Positions 1 to 7,039 of a DNA stretch of 64,000 nt are shown here, piece by piece; the stretch's first letter is position 1; each line of letters opens with the position of its first letter. The notes below the pieces were generated by a model. That model was not told the origin of the DNA, did no database searches, and saw nothing but the letters and a program-made list of their open reading frames with translations. A program made the position numbers and the translations under genes. Source of the DNA: Desulfobaccales bacterium (GTDB lineage Bacteria > Desulfobacterota > Desulfobaccia > Desulfobaccales > 0-14-0-80-60-11); contig JBAVAG010000023.1 in NCBI GenBank assembly GCA_049585595.1, positions 2,135-66,134 on the forward strand, given 5' to 3'.

Positions 1-330
1 GGTATTAACTAGAATTATGTAAGGATGAAGGAGAAATGTCGTGGCTGAAAAGGAAGCAGCATCTCAAAGTGGCCAAATGCGAACCCCAAGGGTTGCGCCT
101 TTCGTTTAACGATTTTCCTTACATTTCGCCCGCACTTTGGCCTACACGGACTTCCCCTAAAAACCCTCAAATTAAGCAACCATGCGGGTGGGCCACGTGG
201 TCCAAGTAGCCCCTACTATTCTTGGCCCAGCGTAACCAAGGCAAAGGTATGGGTTATAAAACTCATTTTTATCCCCCAACCAGAAAATGAGTCTATAATG
301 GCTTCAAGAGAGGAATAAGGAGGAACGTCC

Positions 331-1887
331 ATGTCCTCTATGAGTCGCCTTGCCTGGGTTTTCCTGGGGGTATGGCTCCTGTGCCTGGCTCCTGCCTTGG
401 CCCAGGAGAAGCCGCCGGAGCCGCCCTGGACCGGCAAATTCGCCGACGGCCGGGTGATGACCAGGACCGACCTGGACCAAATTCTCAAGGACCATAAACT
501 GTGGTTCGAAAGTGATAAAAAGGAAGGGAAGAAGGCCGACCTGAGCGGGTCCGACTTACGCTGGGCCAACATGGGAGGAGTCTTCCTATTGAGGGCCATC
601 CTGATCAAAGCACAACTGAACTTCGCGAACCTGAACGGGGCCGACCTGCGCGATGCCATCCTGACTAAAGCCGAATTGATAGATTCTAACCTAAGCAAGG
701 CCTCCCTAAGCGGGGCAGACCTGACCGGGACCAAACTGAGCGGAGCCAACCTGATCGGGGCCGACTTGAGCGCGGCCCAACTGTTTGAGGCCGACCTGAG
801 CGGTGCCGACCTGTTGGGGGCCGACCTTGAGTATGCCAGCATGATAGGGGCCAACCTCAGCGGCAAGACCAACCTGACCTTGGCCAACCTGACCGCAGTC
901 CACCTGAACGGGGCCAATCTGAAAGGCGCCGTCCTGATGCGGACCAACCTAAGCGGCGAGGCCGACCTGACCAAGGCCGACCTGAGCGGGGCCTATCTGA
1001 GCGCGGCTAACCTGAACGGGGCCCACCTAGGTGGGGCCAACCTGAGCAGCGCCTACCTGGGGATGGCCGACCTTACCAGGGCCGACCTGAGCGGGGCCGA
1101 CCTGAGCGGGGCTGAATTTATGCCCAAAGCAGGCTCACTGCCAGCGGCAAGTGGACTTCTTGGAATAAAAGGGCTTGACTCCTTGAAATTTATTGGAACA
1201 TATTCTTATGCCCTGACGGAATTACGGGAAATCTTCAAAAAGGCCGGGATGCGGTACGAAGAGCGGCAAGTAAATTATTCCCTGAACCGCAACCGCCGGG
1301 TCAATGCGTTGCAGGAAATTAGAGAGAAGGCAAAAGAGGGAAAGATAGGGTTGATTAGAAAAGAGCTTGCCCAGCTCGATATTTTATTCCAATCGGTATT
1401 CTTCGAGTGGACCTGCGATTATGGTATGACCCCGAGTAAGCCGCTAATCATCATGTTTATTGGGCTTTTTGGCTTCACCGTCCCCTATTTCCTGGCCTTG
1501 AGGAGCCGGAACCCCGAGACCGGCATCTGGCTGCTATTGCCGTCAGATCGTGTCCTGGACCAGAAGCTGAAAGATCATCCTATCAAGCTGACCTTCAGCC
1601 TTCCTTCCCCCCCCTTCCCGAAAAAGAAAGGATATAGATTCAGGGGAAGATTTTGGCGGTGCTGGCGGGTCCTCCGCCTGGCCTTCTACTTTAGCCTCCT
1701 CTCTGCATTTAATATCGGCTGGCGGGAGCTCAATGTGGGCACCTGGATTTCCCGCCTCCAGATGCGGGAGTATAATCTTCGGGCCACCGGATGGGTTCGC
1801 ATGGTCTCCGGCTTCCAGTCCCTCTTGAGTGTCTATATGCTCGCTCTATGGGTTTACACCTATTTCGGCCACCCTTTTGAGTGGTGA
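331..1887 (+). CDS. Pentapeptide-repeat protein, secreted/membrane-anchored
   Basis: 518-aa ORF. Signal-like N-terminus (LAWVFLGVWLLCLAPALAQE). Long run of A(D/N)LxG pentapeptide units (ADLSGADLSGA...). C-terminal hydrophobic helices (LIIMFIGLFGFTVPYFLAL; LLSVYMLALWVYTYF). SD AGGAGG lies upstream of the ATG. Confidence 0.8.
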   Translation: MSSMSRLAWVFLGVWLLCLAPALAQEKPPEPPWTGKFADGRVMTRTDLDQILKDHKLWFESDKKEGKKADLSGSDLRWANMGGVFLLRAILIKAQLNFANLNGADLRDAILTKAELIDSNLSKASLSGADLTGTKLSGANLIGADLSAAQLFEADLSGADLLGADLEYASMIGANLSGKTNLTLANLTAVHLNGANLKGAVLMRTNLSGEADLTKADLSGAYLSAANLNGAHLGGANLSSAYLGMADLTRADLSGADLSGAEFMPKAGSLPAASGLLGIKGLDSLKFIGTYSYALTELREIFKKAGMRYEERQVNYSLNRNRRVNALQEIREKAKEGKIGLIRKELAQLDILFQSVFFEWTCDYGMTPSKPLIIMFIGLFGFTVPYFLALRSRNPETGIWLLLPSDRVLDQKLKDHPIKLTFSLPSPPFPKKKGYRFRGRFWRCWRVLRLAFYFSLLSAFNIGWRELNVGTWISRLQMREYNLRATGWVRMVSGFQSLLSVYMLALWVYTYFGHPFEW

Positions 1888-2346
1888 AGCGGGTATCCAT
1901 GAGATGCCCCCAATATTAGAAAAACAACCAAGCAGAAGTCCCGGCTGGCAGAGGCTCAAGGCGCGGTCTGAGAGTGCCACATGAGCGCCAGCCCCGCTAG
2001 AATTGCGAGAAAAGCGGCCACGTCCCCTCAGCGCAGCCACGTCTGATAGAGTCCCAGAGCACCTCCGGGGTCTCTCCCGGCGCGGCGCCGCATGAATTTG
2101 TGAGCCAACCAGAGGACGAACCCCACGAGCGTTAGCGTCGGCCCGGCGGCAGGATTAAACCAATCGCTCATGGCAAACTCTTTCTTTTAGGCGCCCAATC
2201 GAGATCAGCGCTGGCAATTATCATTTTGATCTAGATCGATAAATTTGCAATAATGATTACGTTGAAATTTAGGTTTTACTTTATTAAGTAAAAGCATAGT
2301 TACAAATGAGACAAGTTCAAGAAGCTATTGCAAACCCGTTTCCACT

Positions 2347-2416
2347 GTCATCCTGAACGGAGTGAAGGATCTCAAGTCATTAAAAATACGAGATTCTTCG
2401 CTTCGCTCAGAATGAC
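2347..2416. repeat. Palindromic dispersed element (GTCATCCTGARCG...CGCTCAGAATGAC type)
   Basis: Imperfect inverted arms gtcatcctgaacggagtgaaggatct / agattcttcgcttcgctcagaatgac. A second full copy is at 46721-46791 and a half copy at about 18033-18057. Confidence 0.6.
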
Positions 2417-2477
2417 ATTTTTGGGCAAATCGAGGTTTTGCCATAATTTAAAGGATATGTTGAGGGGAGAATGAGCC

Positions 2478-2693
2478 ATGGCAAACATACTTAAAAACAA
2501 GCCTGCATCTTGGAGAACCTGTTTAGCATGCGAGTTTTGGGCCGGCCCGCGCCAACTTTCAAAGTTCGGAAACGCGGTCGAATACGCAAGCGACCTGGAC
2601 CAGAGCGTCTGTTTAGAACGCGGCTGGCAAAGGTCCCGGAAGAATGCCGCGAGCACGTGCCGCAAATGGAGGCAGTGGGGTGTCTTGAACTGA
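2478..2693 (+). CDS. Hypothetical small Cys-containing protein
   Basis: 71-aa ORF with a GAGGGGAG SD about 8 nt upstream of the ATG. Contains a CxxC motif (CLAC) and two further Cys. No family recognised. Confidence 0.4.
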   Translation: MANILKNKPASWRTCLACEFWAGPRQLSKFGNAVEYASDLDQSVCLERGWQRSRKNAASTCRKWRQWGVLN

Positions 2694-2813
2694 ATAAGGT
2701 CCCTCCGGCCTTGCCCTATGCTTATCAGGCATATTAGGCCCCGAAGAAACCCAAGATAATATTTTTAAACTCGTCGCCGGTGAACTTTGAGAGTTCCCTT
2801 TACCCGGGACGAC

Positions 2814-3620
2814 TCAGGCGTTCCGGATTACCAGGTGGTGCTCCGGGGGCGGGAAATGCGCCTCGCCGAAGGTTTCGCGGATGGCGCGATTCGTGTCGAA
2901 GTAAACCTGCCAGTAATGGTCGTTATGGACAAAGGGGCGGACGGCCAGGACCGGCCCGGCCAGATTGAACTCCAAGATTTCCACAACCGGGGCCGGATCG
3001 GTCAGGACATTGGGGATTTGGGGCAGGCGCTCCTTGATAAGGGTTATGGCCTGGGCATGGTCTATCACATGATTCAATTGAGCCGTGAGGTCCACCCGGC
3101 GGTAGGGATTGGCAGTGAAATTCTGAATATTACCGGAAAAGATCTTGTTGTTCCCTACGAAGGTGCGGATATTGTCCAGGGTGTCAATGGTCGTGACAAA
3201 CAGGCCGACTCCATGGACCGTGCCTAGAACCTCGCCCGCCTGGATAAAGTCTCCGGCTTTAAAAGGCTTCAAAAAGACCAGGAAGGCGCCGGCCGCCAGG
3301 TTCGTCAGCATCCCGCCCCACATGGCTCCCACGGCCAGACCGACCCCGGCCAGGAGACCGGCGATGGTGGTGGTCTGGACCCCGAAATAGCCAAAGATGG
3401 CGACTATCAGGATGACCTTTAACAAAATATTAACGGCTGAATCGATGTACTTGATGAGGGTCGTATCGACGTCTTTGGCGGTCAGCGCCCGCGTCATCAG
3501 GCTGATGGCGAACCGGATCGCCAGGGAACCGAAAATCCAGACGGCGAGGGCCCCCAGCACCGTGAGACCGATGGCTACTCCATGCGTCACGAGAGCTTGC
3601 AACAGTGCGTTATATTCCAT
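2814..3620 (-). CDS. mscS: Small-conductance mechanosensitive channel (MscS family)
   Basis: 268 aa with three N-terminal TM helices. MscS-type core ...FKPFKAGDFIQAGEVLGTVHGVGLFVTTIDTLDNIRTFVGNNKIFSGNIQNF... Confidence 0.85.
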   Translation of the reverse strand: MEYNALLQALVTHGVAIGLTVLGALAVWIFGSLAIRFAISLMTRALTAKDVDTTLIKYIDSAVNILLKVILIVAIFGYFGVQTTTIAGLLAGVGLAVGAMWGGMLTNLAAGAFLVFLKPFKAGDFIQAGEVLGTVHGVGLFVTTIDTLDNIRTFVGNNKIFSGNIQNFTANPYRRVDLTAQLNHVIDHAQAITLIKERLPQIPNVLTDPAPVVEILEFNLAGPVLAVRPFVHNDHYWQVYFDTNRAIRETFGEAHFPPPEHHLVIRNA

Positions 3621-3790
3621 GACTAACTCCTTCCATCCCGAATTTATTTATAGAAGTCCCGGCAAGCGCCTATCAGTCACCGCCAGCGCCGCCAGCCTTC
3701 CTCTATTGCCGTGCGGCAGTTCTGCTTTTTTGGGGAATTATCTATTTGCATTCCTCAATTATCTAGTTGACTCCCGATTCCATCACGGCC

Positions 3791-3895
3791 GTAGGGGCGG
3801 CGTCTTGGTAGCACAGCCTCTGGCAATCGTGGGTTTTTGAGCACAGGCCTCTGGCAATCGTGGGTTTGCCCTGGGCGGGGAAACCCCGCCCCCAC
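3791..3895. repeat. REP-like GC-rich hairpin cluster with an internal 25-bp direct repeat
   Basis: gtaggggcggcg...ggcggggaaaccccgcccccac encloses two copies of cacag(g)cctctggcaatcgtgggttt. Confidence 0.6.
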
Positions 3896-4015
3896 AAAAG
3901 ATAATCCTTTTTTTTTGATATGTGGAAAAATCGATAAAATTGTAGTATTAATTTGCCGAATGTTGATTTTTGTCAAGGGAATTATGGATAGTAATAACCC
4001 GCATCAGGAGGTTAA

Positions 4016-4282
4016 ATGAAATCGAAGATTCTTCTTTCAGAAATGGCTCTGGCAGCTTCCATGTTACTCCTCTTGGCGGGTGGCTGCGCCTCGTCATCAT
4101 CAGGAGAACCGCCGATGACCAGCCAAATGAGGGGCGCGGTGGGAACGGCCAATGAAATGTCGCCGGTGGCACCCGCTGAAGCCAGAAATGTGCGCAAAGT
4201 CGGCAATCAGTGGCTGTGCGAGGTGAACGGCCAGACTATGGTCTATAATGATGCCAGCGGCAATTGGGAGCCCAAGCCCTAA
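4016..4282 (+). CDS. Small putative lipoprotein
   Basis: 88 aa. Signal peptide with a lipobox-like LLLLAGGCASS. SD GGAGG lies upstream. Confidence 0.55.
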   Translation: MKSKILLSEMALAASMLLLLAGGCASSSSGEPPMTSQMRGAVGTANEMSPVAPAEARNVRKVGNQWLCEVNGQTMVYNDASGNWEPKP

Positions 4283-4354
4283 GGCAGAAGAAAATCTGCA
4301 ATTACCGGGGGATAGGATGTGATTTTGGCAAGAAATTCCCTACAAATTGGAAAC

Positions 4355-4394
4355 AAAAAAGGCAGAGCCGTGCCGGCCCCTGCCTCGGTTTGTT
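4355..4394. terminator. Candidate bidirectional intrinsic terminator between convergent genes
   Basis: aaaaaaGGCAGaGCCGtgcCGGCccCTGCCtcggtttg: a GC hairpin flanked by an A-run and a T-rich stretch, between 4016-4282(+) and 4468-5370(-). Confidence 0.45.
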
Positions 4395-4467
4395 GCTATG
4401 AGGTAATCCCTGATTAACTTAGCCTTAACTTCCTCCAGCCCACCAGACCCACCAGGCCGTCCTTGTC

Positions 4468-5370
4468 TTAGTATTTCTTCCTCCGCCAGCCCAGCATCCC
4501 CAGGCCCAGGATTCCGGTGCCGAACAATAGCGCCGTGGGCGGCAGGGGGACAGCAGGAATAGTTGGAACGGTCACATATCCCCCCGAGACAATCGAGGAG
4601 TTCTCGGCATCTCCTCCAAAGACCCAGCCATCAACCACCGAATGGTTAATCGTGAACATACCGTCGGGGTCCAGAAATACTCCGGTTGTGGTAGCGCCAT
4701 TGGTGTTTATCGTCATGGTGCCGCCTTCGTAGTAGTTGATCAGGACGTGGTCGGGGGTGATCCCGCCGGAAAGGGCGATACTGCCGTTGAGTCCATTGGT
4801 GGCGTCGCTGCTGGAGACATTCAAGACCACATATTGGGAGCTGGTGCCGGTGATCGTAAAGGTCCCATTGGGGAAGCTGATAGAGGTCACAGTGAAAACC
4901 CTGTTGCCGCTGCTATCCAGCACACCGCTGTTGGCATTGATCGCCCCCCCGCTGCTAATGGTAGTTGCGGTTCCGGACTCTGCGCCTAACGTAGAGGAGA
5001 GCGAGTTGAGGGCGGTGATGTCTGACGCGACATTGGGCACACTGTAATTTACCGTACCTTCAACGTCGGCCCCGGTCCCCCCCTTCTGCGTAGTAAACGG
5101 CGCAGAGAAGTTGAGGTTGCCAGTGATGACGCTGGAGGAGCCGCCGGAGAAATTGGTATCTCCTGTCCCACCAATCCCGACATCGCCGGTGAGGGTCCCG
5201 GAGTTAAATGAGAATACTGCCCCGCTCGACCCATCAAACAGCACGGCGTAATCCGCCGAATCGCCGGGCAGAAACTCGTCGGCCATGGCCGGAGACAGAC
5301 TGAACAGCACTGCCGCCAGCAGTAAGGCAGCAACCATAAAAAAGCGATTTTTGGTTCCGAGCATCTTCAT
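4468..5370 (-). CDS. PEP-CTERM sorting-domain secreted protein
   Basis: 300 aa with signal peptide MKMLGTKNRFFMVAALLLAAVLFSLSPAMA. G/S/T-rich beta-type body. C-terminus VPLPPTALLFGTGILGLGMLGWRRKKY has the PEP-CTERM architecture (PEP-like motif, TM helix, basic tail). Confidence 0.8.
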   Translation of the reverse strand: MKMLGTKNRFFMVAALLLAAVLFSLSPAMADEFLPGDSADYAVLFDGSSGAVFSFNSGTLTGDVGIGGTGDTNFSGGSSSVITGNLNFSAPFTTQKGGTGADVEGTVNYSVPNVASDITALNSLSSTLGAESGTATTISSGGAINANSGVLDSSGNRVFTVTSISFPNGTFTITGTSSQYVVLNVSSSDATNGLNGSIALSGGITPDHVLINYYEGGTMTINTNGATTTGVFLDPDGMFTINHSVVDGWVFGGDAENSSIVSGGYVTVPTIPAVPLPPTALLFGTGILGLGMLGWRRKKY

Positions 5371-5542
5371 GCTTTTTACCCCCTTGGATTTTATTTTTCT
5401 TTAAGATGTGTTTGAGGGGCTGCTTTCTAACGGAAAAAATCCGCCCCATTCCGGAAAGTTTGCCGTCCAACTATTTCGGCTGGGGCCGGCGAAGCAATCC
5501 CGCCCCCCCCCGAAAAAAACGGGAATTCTTTACAGCCAACCA

Positions 5543-5618
5543 GCCAACCCGGCTGTCTTGGCTCTAAAGAGACCCGTCACTTTCCGCCCCCGCCTCGCGA
5601 TGGGTTTGCCTTTTCCGC
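5543..5618 (-). promoter_or_regulatory. GEMM-I (cyclic-dinucleotide) riboswitch aptamer, proximal copy A
   Basis: Minus-strand RNA: aaaaGGCAAACC-CAUC-GCGA-GGCG-GGGGCGGAAAGUGACGGGUCUC...AGACAGCCGGGUUGGC. Matches the GEMM-I core (GGCAAACC, GNRA-capped P1b, GGGRCGNAAAG, GGGUCU, AGCCGGGYUGSC). Lies in the 5' leader of the PEP-CTERM gene. Confidence 0.7.
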
Positions 5619-5621
5619 TAC

Positions 5622-5650
5622 TATTTAATTACGGTCTTCAAACCTGTCAA
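5622..5650 (-). promoter_or_regulatory. Sigma70-like promoter for riboswitch copy A
   Basis: Minus strand: TTGACA (5650-5645), 17 nt spacer, TAAATA (5627-5622), immediately upstream of the aptamer. Confidence 0.5.
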
Positions 5651-5810
5651 ACTTTAGGGAATTTTTTTTGAAATATTTATTGCTCATCTAAGAGATCTGC
5701 CACTTTTTCGGTCCTCTACAAATACCATGTTGTTTAAATTTATCAAGTTTTGTTTGAGGACAAGTTTAAGTTTTTATTTTTTGAAAAATAAAATAATATG
5801 GTAATAAATT

Positions 5811-5840
5811 AAAAAGCCGGATTGCCTTCCCAGGCAACCC
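5811..5840 (-). terminator. Intrinsic terminator / expression platform of riboswitch copy B
   Basis: Minus-strand RNA GGGUUGCCugggaaGGCAAUCCGGCUUUUU. The 5' arm overlaps the 3' strand of the aptamer. Confidence 0.5.
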
Positions 5841-5907
5841 AGCTATCTCTCAGAATTTGAGACCTGTGGCTTTCCGTCCCCAGCTCACGCTGGGTTTGGC
5901 TTTTCTG
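5833..5907 (-). promoter_or_regulatory. GEMM-I (cyclic-dinucleotide) riboswitch aptamer, distal copy B
   Basis: Minus-strand RNA: cagaaaaGCCAAACC-CAGC-GUGA-GCUG-GGGACGGAAAGCCACAGGUCUCAaauucUGAGAGAUAGCUGGGUUGCC. Perfect 6-bp P1b capped by the GNRA loop GUGA, plus the conserved junction strings. Confidence 0.75.
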
Positions 5908-5915
5908 TTGAAGCA

Positions 5916-5945
5916 ACTTTAATCATTGCGTCTGGAATCTGTCAA
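5916..5945 (-). promoter_or_regulatory. Sigma70-like promoter for riboswitch copy B
   Basis: Minus strand: TTGACA (5945-5940), 18 nt spacer, TAAAGT (5921-5916), directly upstream of aptamer B. Confidence 0.5.
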
Positions 5946-6123
5946 GTCCGAATTTGAGAAATTTTTTAAAAAAATGTGTTCATTATAAAAGATTTGCCAC
6001 AGGCTTGGCGAGATAAGCGGCGAGGGTTGTGAAGGACCGGTTCGGAGTTTAAGGTGCAGGTCAAGGCCACCCGCATAATGCAGGTTTTTGGCGCGTAAGA
6101 CCCGCCCTGAGGCACCTAAAAAA

Positions 6124-6215
6124 TGGCGGAGAGAGAGGGATTCGAACCCTCGGTGGAGGTTTCCCCCCACACTCGCTTAGCAGGCGAGCACCTTCGGCCA
6201 CTCGGTCATCTCTCC
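6124..6215 (-). tRNA. tRNA-Ser (anticodon GCU)
   Basis: Reverse complement folds as a class II tRNA. Acceptor GGAGAGA/TCTCTCC + G + CCA; anticodon stem CTCGC/GCGAG with loop CT-GCT-AA; long variable arm; T-loop GGTTCGAATCC. Confidence 0.9.
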
Positions 6216-6228
6216 GGACGTGAAAAGA

Positions 6229-6509
6229 CTGTTTTCTGTTTGCTGTTTTTTGTTTTTGTTTTTAGATTTTGCTAACCCAGGTCAAGATTAAATAAGATGG
6301 CGATTTATTATTTGCTATTCTTAATAGAGCGAAAAGTGAAATTAAATTCCCCCGTAATCAGTTACCCTCGCCGGTAGGGGCGGCGTCTCGCCGCCCGGGC
6401 GGGGAAACCCCGCCCCTACAACTACAGGGGTAGATGATGATTGCTGCCTTTAATCTTTAAATATTTTCTTTGAATTTACCGAAAACCGAAAACAGAAAAC
6501 AAAAAACTG
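6229..6509. repeat. Element bounded by inverted heptamer arrays, between the two tRNA-Ser genes
   Basis: Left array CTGTTTT CTGTTTG CTGTTTT TTGTTTT... (6229-6265). Right array CCGAAAA CCGAAAA CAGAAAA CAAAAAA (6479-6509) is its inverted complement. AT-rich core plus an embedded REP (6374-6419: gtaggggcggcgtctcgccgcccgggcggggaaaccccgcccctac). Confidence 0.6.
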
Positions 6510-6519
6510 CACTCATTCC

Positions 6520-6607
6520 TGGCGGAGGGAGAGAGATTCGAACTCCCGGACCCCTAAAGGTCTGCGGTTTTCAAGACCGCCGCCTTAAGCCGCTCGGCCA
6601 TCCCTCC
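6520..6607 (-). tRNA. tRNA-Ser (anticodon UGA)
   Basis: Reverse complement: acceptor GGAGGGA/TCCCTCC + G + CCA; anticodon stem GCGGT/ACCGC with loop CT-TGA-AA; long variable arm; T-loop AGTTCGAATCT. Confidence 0.9.
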
Positions 6608-6669
6608 TGCCCCAGATTTTTACCATCCGCTCCGGGGGATGTCAACTTGGCCGTTCCGGAGGGACTCGG

Positions 6670-6780
6670 CTACGGGCGACCCAGCGGGTCGCCCCTACAC
6701 ATCCCGGGGAATTCACAAGGCAGTGTAGGGGCGGGTTTTAAACCCGCCCCTACTGGGCGGACACTTGGGTCCGCCCCTAC
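6670..6780. repeat. REP hairpin cluster
   Basis: ctacgggcgacccagcgggtcgcccctac and gtaggggcgggttttaaacccgcccctactgggcggacacttgggtccgcccctac: GTAG/CTAC-anchored GC palindromes. Confidence 0.6.
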
Positions 6781-7039
6781 GCAACCCATGCGTAGCCACC
6801 GCTCACCCGGTGTCGTCCTTTCGCCGTCAGGTGGGGAGGGCCTCTGTGCCCGCCACCCAGGGCAGGCAGGGACCCCTGCCCAACCGAAACCCCGCCTCTA
6901 CGGGGGCGGGAAAGGGGATTTAGTTACATTGATATAATATTTTGGTATCCCTGAAATTACCATAGCCTAGAGTTTTACTGGCAATGGTGAAATCTTCCCG
7001 TGCAATTTTGTTGCCGGACCCCGCTGCTCCCCTACTCCT

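Noticed and set aside
216-974. 252-aa minus-strand ORF (and 304-495, 706-903) overlapping the pentapeptide-repeat gene
   Set aside because: It is antisense to a gene with clear signal peptide, repeat and TM architecture. Its own product is a low-complexity mirror of the repeats (RSAP/LRLAP), a typical antisense artefact of repetitive high-GC coding DNA.
5919-6170. 83-aa minus-strand ORF
   Set aside because: It spans the riboswitch-B promoter and runs into tRNA-Ser(GCU). No RBS, and the region is better explained by RNA features.
6470-6937. 155-aa plus-strand ORF
   Set aside because: It covers the antisense of tRNA-Ser(UGA) and a REP cluster. The Pro/Gly/Arg-rich translation is typical of GC palindromes.
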